Shown in pieces: positions 13,897 through 25,017 of a DNA stretch of 64,000 nt. This DNA comes from Halocafeteria seosinensis (lineage: Eukaryota): contig LVLI01000148.1 in assembly GCA_001687465.1 (NCBI GenBank), positions 1 through 64,000 on the forward strand, written 5' to 3'. The position numbers and the translations under genes are program-made. A model generated the notes under the pieces. The model did no database searches, had not been told where the DNA came from, and saw nothing but the letters and a program-made list of their open reading frames with translations. Each line of letters opens with the position of its first letter. The stretch's first letter is position 1.

Positions 13897-14444
13897 TGTA
13901 AAAAGTGCTTGGAATCCACCTGCACAACCTTACAATCCGGTCGTAATGATTCATTACACCACTGGTACACTATGAGTTAGTCTATGACGTCCAGACTCTG
14001 TTGATTGCTTCACAAAAACGTGAACGGGTCGCAGGTGTCGCCGAATGCACACAGCACAAGTACCGATCGATGAGTGGTACTACGTAATAGAAGATCGTCT
14101 TGTGTTCGTATTATATGGACAGTCGTCTCATAGCTTGAACCGACGGCAGCTCATACCGTGGGAAACTACATGTACCCCAACAAACCAAATGCATACCCCC
14201 TTTTCATTGAAATGTGACTTACAGCGGGGCGGATAAGTTTTCGACGAAGGCAATAGACCCGCGGATAGCAACAATGCTATTGTGTGTGTATATTTACAGA
14301 GGAGTTTCAACCTGAGCAGCCGAGTCGCAAATGTGCTTGGCTACAGCAACGATATCCACGAAGGACGACACTAGTTCGGAAATGTCACTGACAGAGAGCA
14401 TCGATGTTGACACGTAAGTAAGCTGAACTAACTTCGACATCCAG

Positions 14445-16388
14445 TCAGCCTGTAAAATATAAAGGCAAAGTGTATAGGAGAAGGTTAAAACACTCGAACA
14501 TCCAACTTACTGTCTCTTTCGGATCTAGTCCATTTTGAGTTTTATACGTAGTTGCCTTACGAAGCCCTTCTAAAACCGATCTCGCTAGTGACATAGTGGC
14601 GAGCGACGTGTGAAAGCCGGCGTTTTGAGAGACAGCGTCCTCGCTAACTCCGTACCCCACATCTTGTGCTTCACTGCCGTGGTGCACTGGTTCTGGAAGC
14701 AGCTGCGCGATGTAATCCATGACTGAGGACGCTGAAAATAACAGCACTTTCATTTCATGGGACCGCTTTAGTGCCATGTCTATGGCAGAGGACAGGTCTA
14801 TCCCGTTTTCATGAGAATATAGAATGTCTCCTTCTCGCCAGTCACCAAATGTGCGCAGGAATACCAATTCAGCCCGCAGACGTTTCTTCACCTCTACGAG
14901 GTCATATGAAGAGTCGCTTTGCTTCTTCCTAAACAACGAGGCCAATAATGCTAACCAAGATTTACAAATGCAAGTGGCGGCATTGGACTTAGCTTCCCCT
15001 GTGCCATTTTCACTACGAGAAAGCTGGCTCAATGTCACACCTGGCTTGTCCTGAGTTTCTTCAAAGGCGTCATCTCCGTAGTCGTCAGAAAAAGCTTCCT
15101 CAGTCCCCCTTCCTATTTGGGACGCAGTCGGAGGCAACTTCGACCACTCCTGAGCTTTGTATTTCAGCTTGCGTTGTTCACCATCTACATGTCCTTTGTC
15201 TTCGTGTGCGACCATTTCATTTGCTTCTCCAGGAGTCGATAAGGAAGTTCCGTACTTGCCGTCAAAGACGGCATGTATGGTACTGTCTTCTATGGACCAT
15301 CCCAACTGTTGTAACTTTGACAATATTTTTATCGATCGCTGAAAGGACTTCAATTTATCAAAGGGGCACACAGCGTGCATCATCATCAAGATTTCTGCAG
15401 TAGCCTGTTGTTGTATAACTCGCCTCAAGACGGGCAAGTCGACAGTCCCTTGTTTAGAGGGTGGGGCCTCACCGTCATCGGATCCGCCGGCCTCCGACAA
15501 CGCATCAACAGAGTTCATCCCAATGTACTCACCAGGTATGGAATCCAAGTTTACAAGACTAACTACTTTCTCAGAGTCTATCAAAGGCTTCTGTACCTTT
15601 TGATAGTTTGCGTGAAGGTCAGGTACGAGCCTCGAAAACAAATGCCTTTCTATAATGGGCCGGATAGTAGCTCTCAGTTGAGCATTGGAAGGCGAGCTGA
15701 AGTCCCAACTACCTGCTCTGAACCTTCGACTGCTCTCCTCCGTATCGTCTCTGAAAGCTCTGACCGAGCAGTACTCTGTGAGAATGTAACTAAGCCTATC
15801 AATTACATCGTGTAAAATCGCATACGGGCTTGATTTTCCATCCGACGGCAAACTGCATGAACAAAACACTCGCGCACCATAATAGTCCATACAATCGAGT
15901 GAAACTCTTATTGCACAAGCGTACCAATAAAACCTCAAATCGGATAGTTTGGAAATTGCAAGCGCCACTGCAGGATGATTCGAGACAATCGTCGCCAGCA
16001 ATTGGCCGTCATCCGGATGAAGAGTTCGGTCCTCATCTTTGCGCACGACGGCAGGCGCTGATGTAGCTCCTTCTGGCGATTGTTGCTGTACGTGCTCTTC
16101 CTGCTCCTGGCGCTGGTGGGACGTCCACGAGTACTCAACGCTTTCGTCGCTCTCGGCGGAGGATAAGCCATGCTCCTCATGCAGCAAATGGTCCTTTTGA
16201 TGCTTCCCACTGTCTCCAGCGCTTGTCGCTACAGCTCCACTTTGAGGGGACGAGAAGGATGAATGAAAGACAGACTGTGCTAATTGGTCCCATTCCTTGA
16301 TGAGAGCGTCATATTGCTCTCGTAATTGATCTAAAGACTGCACATACGCAGAGCTCTGCGCCGAAGGTTCCTCCGTTGTCTCACTCAT
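14445..16388 (-). CDS. Uncharacterised protein, possibly a divergent VPS9 (Rab5 GEF)-like domain
   Basis: 647-codon ORF. IERHLFSRL and AEILMMMHAVCPFDKLKSF resemble the VPS9 helical bundle and P-x-D-K-L motif. Confidence 0.55.
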   Translation of the reverse strand: MSETTEEPSAQSSAYVQSLDQLREQYDALIKEWDQLAQSVFHSSFSSPQSGAVATSAGDSGKHQKDHLLHEEHGLSSAESDESVEYSWTSHQRQEQEEHVQQQSPEGATSAPAVVRKDEDRTLHPDDGQLLATIVSNHPAVALAISKLSDLRFYWYACAIRVSLDCMDYYGARVFCSCSLPSDGKSSPYAILHDVIDRLSYILTEYCSVRAFRDDTEESSRRFRAGSWDFSSPSNAQLRATIRPIIERHLFSRLVPDLHANYQKVQKPLIDSEKVVSLVNLDSIPGEYIGMNSVDALSEAGGSDDGEAPPSKQGTVDLPVLRRVIQQQATAEILMMMHAVCPFDKLKSFQRSIKILSKLQQLGWSIEDSTIHAVFDGKYGTSLSTPGEANEMVAHEDKGHVDGEQRKLKYKAQEWSKLPPTASQIGRGTEEAFSDDYGDDAFEETQDKPGVTLSQLSRSENGTGEAKSNAATCICKSWLALLASLFRKKQSDSSYDLVEVKKRLRAELVFLRTFGDWREGDILYSHENGIDLSSAIDMALKRSHEMKVLLFSASSVMDYIAQLLPEPVHHGSEAQDVGYGVSEDAVSQNAGFHTSLATMSLARSVLEGLRKATTYKTQNGLDPKETVSWMFECFNLLLYTLPLYFTG

Positions 16389-18319
16389 GGGGGAAAGCTC
16401 TCCATCGAGGGATTACCGTGAAATGAATAATCTTGTATGTGCATAGTGGAACGTAAGTTGACAAATCTGCGGACAGCTTGTTCTGGAGGTAAGAAGCAAT
16501 GTAACTTCAAGTCTACATCCAACGAGCACTGTCTGTTCACAAGTGAGTCTTCTTCGCAGCACGCCTTAGATTCGGAAGCATGGTAGCAGCGTTCTGAACA
16601 CAGTCGCACACACGCACACATACACAGTGCTGAGAAGTTAGAGCCCTCACCGTATTGGTCACGGAATTCTCGTGCGGTCTGGTGCGGAAGAATTAAACTA
16701 AGTACAACATAGAACTACAGAAGTAGGACAATCTCCAAACAAGCTGGGAAAGTTGTAATCACTCAACCGACTGTCGCTCCACCAAATGGCGGAAGAGGTA
16801 CTGTATGTTGTGATTCCCAGTAGTTCTAAGATCGTAAAATATCAAGTACCGGTATGTTATGCTACGAGTCACAGAATTTACTAAGCAGGGTATCACTGGG
16901 GGAAGGGTGAAACGACAAAATAATTGAATACGCTAGGCTATGGCAAACAACAAAGGTTTGAACAGTGCAGAGCTCTTCAATCATGATTTCTATTCTGTAG
17001 ATCGTGGGGAGATCCCAATTCCCATAGGTGCATCTCGCTAACTAAATTGATGCAGGCATACGACCCTGACGAGAGTCTTGTCGAAGGTGTGAGCGAAGCA
17101 GTGATTTGATGCAGGGCCTACGCCACGCCGTCGGCATCATGGCATGCCACCGAAAAAAAAACTTCATGTTTGGCAACATTGTTTGCATTAAAACCTGGTG
17201 GAAAGTTTGCTCTGTTGAAAACAAGTTGCCGAGATTTGGTCTGAAAAACTTCATTCTTGAAATTTTCTGCTTTCCAGTGCAGCTTGCGTGAAAAGAGATA
17301 ACCAAACCCGCTACTGGTCTCACCTTCTGCAAGTACTAGTCAATTCGTTATATCTGGCGCAAGTGGAGCAAGCGTAAAGCAGTGTCCATTCCACCCTGTC
17401 GGCAAGTTTTCTTCTCTAGATCCCAACGCCACGATGTCATGGAAAAGTTCCATGGTGTATCTTAGCATTATCGCTGATCAATGAGAGCATTCGAAAGAGT
17501 CCTTCCTCTGAAACTCTCACGCTTTGCATTTTTTGTGTTTTTCGTTCCACTTTCTATATCACCAGCTCATCTAGGCAGTCACGCCATCAGTGTCATCAAC
17601 ACCATTCCTGCCCCCGAGGGCCACAGACGAAGGGTGCACCGTGCAGTATTCGCATGTCCAAATTGGAAGAAGTCTGCGATGATTTTGCCTTAAAAATGCA
17701 ACAAGAAAAGGCCAGGATCGAAGAAATGCGCAAACATGGAAACCACGGAAGCAACCTGCGTCTCGACATGAGCGAAAATTGTGGGAATGCTAAAGCAAAC
17801 GTTTCCTGCACACACTGTTAACACTTGCTTTACCAAGCAAGATGCGGATGGACTCCGTCTTATTGTAGCATATTTAGACGCTCATGAGGCAGAAGATGAA
17901 GAGAAGTCTTTGAACATGAACGACTTATATCCGTCCTGCACTGAAACCGTCAAGTAGTGCTAGTGCATTACATTGTCGGAGACTCTGTGCGACACTTGTA
18001 AGACTACGGAGCAGGGCACAGGCATCAATGAAGAAAAGACTGTTGAAAATCTTCAAGGTGTGACAGACAGCCCAGTTGACTGTATCTTCTTATCGAGGAA
18101 CGGTATTCGCCCACTAAGCCACAACAGGCAACATTGAAGCAGACGTAGGTATCTCCTGCCGCTCGATGCAAGGAAGTAACCTGTATAGCGGCTCAAGAAC
18201 TAGCGTCACAGCGACAAGCGCCAGCGAAAAGAATGAGAAGAAAGAATTGTCCAATCTTTTCATGGAAACCTTCTGCGCACTGGTAGTTTTGAAATTTCAC
18301 GAAGAGTCTGTGAATTCAG

Positions 18320-21300
18320 TCATTGGTAGATTCCTGCAAGAGACGAAGCAATGGACCGACGTTGTGAGGAACCTGTTGTCACAGGGCGTTGGCCGCGACG
18401 TACTGAAGACGGCCCCCCTTCGAGTCGCTGCAGAATGCCTGTGCGAGACCGACTGGCTTCCGCCACCATGTTGCTATACTGTCCCATCATTCTCTGTAAG
18501 TTACTTCCTCCCGAAGGTTTGCGTGTTGGACTCTTGAGAGCGGTCCTCATGACATCGTTTAACGTCCGAGAACCAAAGTCGGGAACCGGCGGTCTGTGGA
18601 AAGTCTTGGACTCATTGAGTGGTAATGGTTGTACATAGTCAAATACAGAAAACTTCCGAGGGTCATCTTCTTGGTCTGTCAGAAACTTTGAAAGTGCCTG
18701 CTTCGCATCACCCGGTCGATGGGGCGCGGGAGTGATGCGTTTAGCGGAGGAAGACTCTTTACAGGAATGCAACATGTGCTGACGCTCTCTAATAACGTCA
18801 ATCGTCCTATCTAGTCGATCAGAAACCTTTCGCGGGTGCTTTCCTTCTTCGTCGTCATTCATGGCATCTGAGTCACTCTCTGACCCAGCCCCTTCATCGT
18901 TCTTTGAGGATTCGGTCCCAATACTGGAGTGTTTTGCTCCCTTTAGTATCCGTAAACTGCCAAAAACTTGTTTGGCTTCGTGGCGTCGCTTCTCAGCGAG
19001 CTTGAGCAAATTCGGCCTCCAATGCCAGTAGACAGGACCACAATCTGGAGCTGTACCGGCGTAGTGCAGCTGAGAACCAGGATCTACAAGTGTCAAGATA
19101 GTTGCTACATCTGTGGAGAAGCCTTTGCGTCGCGATTCTTTCTGGTTCATCGAGGATAGCTCTGGCTGAGTAATGCTGAAAGCGACACTGTTTTCTTTTT
19201 CGAGCAGCTCGTATACTGAGGGATAATCGTCAGCAGCGCCAGTGAGCGACTCTAGTACCGTCAATCCTACACTACTCTTATCTACCAGCTCTTGTATTTG
19301 CTGGGAACTTGCTTCTTCAGTTTTGGTTTCCTCCTGGACATCCACCGACGTCAAGAAGACGTTATTCCCGATATCATCTGAGTCTCTCATGTACTTTTTG
19401 AGCTTCTCCAGCAGTCTAAGAAAAGGCTTCAACACGAAAGTAGGGTACATTCTGTGGACAACCACATGGCGCATACTGGAGTAGTCGTCGGCCATACCAC
19501 TCCCAGTTCCCACGCCATAACATTTCGATGATGCGTCCACATATTCCCAAGGCGTTTCAACTTCTCTTTGGAGGCCGGCGACCCAGGGGAGCCCCTGAGT
19601 CTTCTTTTCTAGACTCTCCACCACTTCTGATGTGGCCCCGACGGAGTGACCTGCGGCGATAATGACATCGGCCTCCTCCTCCAAATCATGGGACGCACTC
19701 CTCCAACGCGAGAGGGGCGGAATATGTTGTGGAACTGCAGTTAGAGCGCCAAGTAGACGTCCCTCAGAGTCCCAGAGTCGCGAGATTCCATCCTGAGAAG
19801 CAGATGCAAGAGTGGTGTTGCTTGCAATGTACTTCAGATCACTGATTGAATGACTATGAGCCCGATAACTCCCTTCCCAAACTATGCCATATGCTGCCTC
19901 TGCACAGGAAGGGACAGTTTCCGCAACGGTTGGATAGTCTAAAAAAAACTGCTCTTGGGTGATGGACAAATTGGCAACTGCAATCACCCTAGCAGGAGAG
20001 ATGCGTGACTGTTGGAGACGACTCTTCAAACTAGTTTTATGAGATAGCTCCCGACTACCAAACCTCATTTTGGCCTCCTCAAAAGAAGTGTCCATCGCGG
20101 TGCTGATTACCCGTGCAACGCTGCTCTTCTCTCCGATCAGCTCTCCACGTTCTTTAATATCCGGTAACAATGCCACAGCAAGTGCCCCTAAGGAAATGAT
20201 AAAGCGATGCACACCACCGCTTTCATCACCTACCCAGATGACGAAACCTTGGTGGAATAAGGCGTCTCGGACCATTCGGGGGAGGCCGATTGTGCCATGT
20301 TGCATAGGATGTACCCGAAAACCGTTCCATTCGCCCGATTGAGCATCGAATTGCTGCTGTTCTACAGTCATGGCAGTAGGAAGGGCTGAAGTCGGAAGTT
20401 CCCATTGCCCTCTTAAGGTGAATTTGGCCTTAGAAGGAGGGACAGCCCAAATGGACATGGTGCCGGAGATATCGAGCGACACAAGCAACGGATACGGGTC
20501 AAGAAACTGCAGAGCGATGATTTCTTCCATTGGGGTCCCAGAATGAGGGGGAAAACAAATACCGACCGGAGTTCCGGAACCATAATCCCAGATGAATATA
20601 GACGCACCGGCAGCAGCTGCAGGTATTCGGATTGCCATCGCCAGTAAATTCAGATGCTCACTTACGGAGACAGTGGTCGTAATTGGCCGCTCAGTGCTCC
20701 CAGCAAATAATGAGTATACTGCAGCCTCCTCCGCCGAACGTCTTCTGCGACCTCGAGAAGATCCCTTGCCACGGATCCAATGTAGTAGTCGCTTGAGCGT
20801 AGACTCCAGGATACGGGTTGCCTCAAAATTCCCCGTTGCATAAGATTTCTCCTCCAGCAATTTTTCGATATACTTCCGTATACTTGGAATGGATGGGAGT
20901 CCGAATATTCGTCTGAAGATAAACCGATCTTCGCTATCTTCCTCCTCTGCATCGCGGACGACGACAACCTCGCTAGTGGAGCTCGTGATGGCGGTTTCAT
21001 TAAGATACCCTATGTACCACACACTCTGTATCGAGTCTTCTCGAAATATTTTGGAACTCTTTATGCGAGCTCCACTACTGCAGTTGATCAAGTGAAGAGT
21101 ATTTGCATTGTCTGTGATGATCAATCTACGCCCGTTGTCATCGGGGTGAGCCGCCACGAACTCGCGATCTCCAAGGAGCCCTTCACTCGGGAACACCCTC
21201 ATGGGACGACCAGACAAGGCATCCCAGATAATAATGACATTAGCGTGAACAGTACAAAACGAAACCGACTGCTGCAAAAAGTGGACGCTGAGCACTGGTC

Positions 21301-23599
21301 CTACGTCTGGTGCATGGACGGTAAACAGGAGGAGTTGCATGACATTTCCGGCCAATAAAACTGTTTTGCAGCGCTCCCTTCCTCCATACTCCGCAGGCAG
21401 ACAAACAAGTCCCTGAATATCTGAAAGGGTGCGATAATCCTGTGAAAGCGTCTCGGATTGTTCTTCGGGTTCTTCGGGTCCCTCTATGGCTGGATGCAGG
21501 TCTTTAGCGGCATCAAGGGTCAGGTCGTCGTCCAGATCATGCAAATTAATTTGGCTGATGGCACGGGAATATTGACTTACGCTCATCTTCCTCCCATCTG
21601 GATCTGATAAAAACGTTTCAACCTTCGAGGGACCACGTCGTGGAGAAGCCTTCGTCATACGAGAATAAGGGAAAACTCGTGAGTCGATTATCCCTTCGCT
21701 TTCCCGGCATCCTAACGCGTCGATGGCAAATTGTCTGTGAAGTGTTGTCTTGTGTTGGGTATACAGGCGCTCCGCTTCTCCTGCAGAAGTATGTGGGCGA
21801 AGTTTCATCATTGCACGCCCATACGAAAGGACCTCCGTATTGTCTGCAAGTGATGGAAGTTCTCTCCCGCGGAAGCCGTCATGGGTTGACGGATGTATGG
21901 TTCCGCTTCGTCCAGATCTTGACAGTGCTCGGGACGATTGTCGCTTGGAGGAGGCAGAGAGCATCTTCCTTCCACTGGATGAGGTCTTCGACACAGATGG
22001 GTTGCTCCCAGGCCTTGACTGTGTTTGCATTGTGCTAGGTTTCATAGCAGAGTTGTTTGTTGAGCTATCTTCAGAATTTGGATTCGGTGTCGGCATCTGT
22101 TTTAAGCTCGAGTGCGCAAGCATCGCAATTATTTGGAGGCAACTAGCTGAGTGATAATCCCAAACGCGAATATACCCGCCGCGATCACCTGAGACAATGT
22201 GCGGAAAAGATGTTAATGATCCTTGCATATCTGCTCCAACAAGCGCGTATCTGTGTCCGGAGAGAACTTTTGGTTTAATTTCTGAGGTAGAACGGAATCC
22301 ACCTTTCCTTGAGGATCTTGATCGGTTTGCACTGGCACCACTAGAGTCTTGTCGTTCCAAGTCTCCTATCCATGCATTTAAGGGCCATACATAGATGGTG
22401 TTTATCCTCAAAGGAGACAAATTCTTCCCTGGAAGTGGCATACCGTACGACAATACGGAGTCCAAACTTTTCGAAATACGCAATTTCTTGACCCCCATAT
22501 CATGAGCGTGTATTGTCCTCTCCTCCAAAATGCAGTTTTGACGAAGGTCGTAAACTCGCAGGCAACCGTCGTCCGATCCAGCAATGATTATCGCTGTCAG
22601 TTCATCAGGGTAGGAAGCCATAGTTCGCACTGCCCCAGAATCTTGAAGCAATCGCTTACGGATTTCAAAAGTGTTGGGGTTATAGCCGCGGATGTCTCGT
22701 CCATCCGGTCCGCAAGAAAATATCAGATCTGCAGTGGCGTTCCAGCATAGGACGTCTTGTGCAGTTTGTGTTGCCACTCTTTCAATCACCTGACCATGAG
22801 TCGCATCTATGGCATTGAGATAATAAGGGCCGGTTCGACTTTCTTGAGAAGAAGTGATGACGAGTCCATATGCCGGTATAGCTTCCATTGCCAGAACTTC
22901 ATGAGGCTGAAAAGCGGTATCATGACGACAGCTGCGACATTGAGAGAGAATCAATTTGGACCGCTGCTCTACCGTACTGAAAATTCGTAGCATTTGGGAT
23001 TGCTTCTCGATTGCTAGGATCAAGGGCACATCAGAACTAGTCTCATCCTCTGCAGGGAGAATCAACGGCTTATTTTCTGCGACGGGGCTCGTCCTTGCAA
23101 ATGCTGAAGGATCATTTCCCTTTGAGACTTCATATGTAAAATTGGAGGCAAAAAATGAGGCACCTTGGGAATTGGATTGGCTCATTTGGATCAAGTAGGA
23201 CGACCACTCATCCCAGTCGATAGTCCCGTTATCATCCACATCAATTTCCTTGCACAACTGGTACAATCGAGAGAGAAACGCAAGCTTATCTTGAACCACG
23301 TGCCGGAAGCACTCCTCCATTACTGATAAGAATTGCAGCATCGTCAGTTTGCCGCGCTTCTTCCGAAATTCTCTCTTAATGCGCTCCACTAAAGGCTGAG
23401 AAAGTACGTTAATTAGCTGCCGATCAGTTGCTCGCCATTCTCTCCGCAATCGCTCATTCTCCAATGCCTCAGCGTCGCTGAATCCCATATACTTGTACAT
23501 CTTATTACTTTCGTGGAGTCCTGTACGGGGCACGATACGCAATAGAATAGCGATGGCATCCAAATGACGTTGACTCCGCGTCTCCCTTCTCCAATTCAC
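18320..23599 (-). CDS. Large EF-hand plus WD40-repeat protein (WDR49/EFCAB8-like architecture)
   Basis: 1759-codon ORF with EF-hand IDVDDNGTIDWDEW and WD repeats (GSDDGCLRVYD, SGDRGGYIRVWD, ASQDGISRLWD). Confidence 0.88.
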   Translation of the reverse strand: MNWRRETRSQRHLDAIAILLRIVPRTGLHESNKMYKYMGFSDAEALENERLRREWRATDRQLINVLSQPLVERIKREFRKKRGKLTMLQFLSVMEECFRHVVQDKLAFLSRLYQLCKEIDVDDNGTIDWDEWSSYLIQMSQSNSQGASFFASNFTYEVSKGNDPSAFARTSPVAENKPLILPAEDETSSDVPLILAIEKQSQMLRIFSTVEQRSKLILSQCRSCRHDTAFQPHEVLAMEAIPAYGLVITSSQESRTGPYYLNAIDATHGQVIERVATQTAQDVLCWNATADLIFSCGPDGRDIRGYNPNTFEIRKRLLQDSGAVRTMASYPDELTAIIIAGSDDGCLRVYDLRQNCILEERTIHAHDMGVKKLRISKSLDSVLSYGMPLPGKNLSPLRINTIYVWPLNAWIGDLERQDSSGASANRSRSSRKGGFRSTSEIKPKVLSGHRYALVGADMQGSLTSFPHIVSGDRGGYIRVWDYHSASCLQIIAMLAHSSLKQMPTPNPNSEDSSTNNSAMKPSTMQTQSRPGSNPSVSKTSSSGRKMLSASSKRQSSRALSRSGRSGTIHPSTHDGFRGRELPSLADNTEVLSYGRAMMKLRPHTSAGEAERLYTQHKTTLHRQFAIDALGCRESEGIIDSRVFPYSRMTKASPRRGPSKVETFLSDPDGRKMSVSQYSRAISQINLHDLDDDLTLDAAKDLHPAIEGPEEPEEQSETLSQDYRTLSDIQGLVCLPAEYGGRERCKTVLLAGNVMQLLLFTVHAPDVGPVLSVHFLQQSVSFCTVHANVIIIWDALSGRPMRVFPSEGLLGDREFVAAHPDDNGRRLIITDNANTLHLINCSSGARIKSSKIFREDSIQSVWYIGYLNETAITSSTSEVVVVRDAEEEDSEDRFIFRRIFGLPSIPSIRKYIEKLLEEKSYATGNFEATRILESTLKRLLHWIRGKGSSRGRRRRSAEEAAVYSLFAGSTERPITTTVSVSEHLNLLAMAIRIPAAAAGASIFIWDYGSGTPVGICFPPHSGTPMEEIIALQFLDPYPLLVSLDISGTMSIWAVPPSKAKFTLRGQWELPTSALPTAMTVEQQQFDAQSGEWNGFRVHPMQHGTIGLPRMVRDALFHQGFVIWVGDESGGVHRFIISLGALAVALLPDIKERGELIGEKSSVARVISTAMDTSFEEAKMRFGSRELSHKTSLKSRLQQSRISPARVIAVANLSITQEQFFLDYPTVAETVPSCAEAAYGIVWEGSYRAHSHSISDLKYIASNTTLASASQDGISRLWDSEGRLLGALTAVPQHIPPLSRWRSASHDLEEEADVIIAAGHSVGATSEVVESLEKKTQGLPWVAGLQREVETPWEYVDASSKCYGVGTGSGMADDYSSMRHVVVHRMYPTFVLKPFLRLLEKLKKYMRDSDDIGNNVFLTSVDVQEETKTEEASSQQIQELVDKSSVGLTVLESLTGAADDYPSVYELLEKENSVAFSITQPELSSMNQKESRRKGFSTDVATILTLVDPGSQLHYAGTAPDCGPVYWHWRPNLLKLAEKRRHEAKQVFGSLRILKGAKHSSIGTESSKNDEGAGSESDSDAMNDDEEGKHPRKVSDRLDRTIDVIRERQHMLHSCKESSSAKRITPAPHRPGDAKQALSKFLTDQEDDPRKFSVFDYVQPLPLNESKTFHRPPVPDFGSRTLNDVMRTALKSPTRKPSGGSNLQRMMGQYSNMVAEASRSRTGILQRLEGGPSSVRRGQRPVTTGSSQRRSIASSLAGIYQ

Positions 23600-25017
23600 G
23601 ACTCTATTTCATTTCCGAATGGCACTAGTGTACTACCAGGCTAATCCCTTCCGCGTCGTCCGAGTAAATACTGGAGATGCACCATGGATTGACAACATTG
23701 TCTACCGTCGAGGCGTTAATCACGCGGAAGATTCCTCAGACCATGCCGCTTGTGAAGTTCACGGACGCGATAATCTTTTCGTTACGTGTATCTGAAACAT
23801 TTGATTGGCGGCTATTTTGCACAGATGTTGAAGTGGTGCTTTTTCCTTTTGGCTCCCGCCGTGCCGATACACGAAGAATATTGGGAGGTTTGAGACAAGA
23901 CTGTTTCCAAACCGAAAGAGCATTAGCACTTTCCCGCCGACAAAGCAGGAAAGGTATGTGCGAAAAGAAAGCCTGCTTCTGTAGCGTTTCGTGTTCTTGT
24001 CGGGTGGCATAGGGGTTTGGATACCCTTTGAAAACTGCAAAAAGGGTCAGGCGCATCCCCCAGGGAGACGACAGGGGACGTAGTTTGATAATGGCTGAGG
24101 GTTCCCGTAGGTCACTTCTGAGGGGGAATTGTGGGGGAAGGATCGACCCTCAGTGTTTTTGTTGTTTCAGGAATGTTGAAGGGTGATGGTGTTTGGTTTT
24201 CCATTCATTGAGTGACGTGAATGAAGTCCTTCTGCACACAAAAAGGGAGCCGTAGACAGGTGGTGTAGCGGGTCGTTGTCAATGCTGGTAGCATGACCTT
24301 TGCGAAAAGGATAAATGGAAGCACTTCATCTAGTAGATCATTGACCCTGCAATACCCTTGTATTAAAGCTTCTTGATTTGATTTATTTGTATTGTATTCA
24401 CGCAACATTTTTGTATTTATGCCTCTTTGCATTGTTGACGCTATTGGATTCAGATGAGAGATAAGTGGAAGTAAGTTGTCCTCGCTTGAGCAAGCACTGA
24501 CACGACTGTCCTTCACCAATGCCTGCTTGATTATTGCAGAAAGAAGCGCCAGCGTAGATTAAAACGCAAGCGCAGGAAAATGCGTCAGCGAGCCAAGTAA
24601 AGGGGCTCCGCAGCGGGTGTGACAAACGATGTATTGTGACTGATGGTTCGATCGCCGCCAACACCGGAGACTGGTGAAGTTGGCCTCAACATGGTTACCA
24701 GACTAAGTTTTCAATAGAGTGACTTTTCTTTCTAAAGGTTGGAAATTGTCTTAAGAGGTTGGAATAGTAACGGAACGGAGTTGCTGGTCAAAGCCGCATC
24801 GAGCCGCTGAGACTCAGTATGTAGTTTGTCAACAGCCGCGGAATAAAATGAACGACCAATATTCTTACAGAACCCACCAATCCACTGATATGTTTTGGTG
24901 ATGCCTGGCTGCGTGCCTATATAGTTAACCTATGTAGTTGCGCGATGGTAGAAATCCACGTTCAACTCTGCCAGAAGGAAGTACGTGGCGAATGCTCATG
25001 TATCTCAGGTTCTAGTA

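Noticed and set aside
16900..18300. Fragmented ORFs between the VPS9-like and WD40 genes
   Set aside because: No consistent gene model or motif could be supported.
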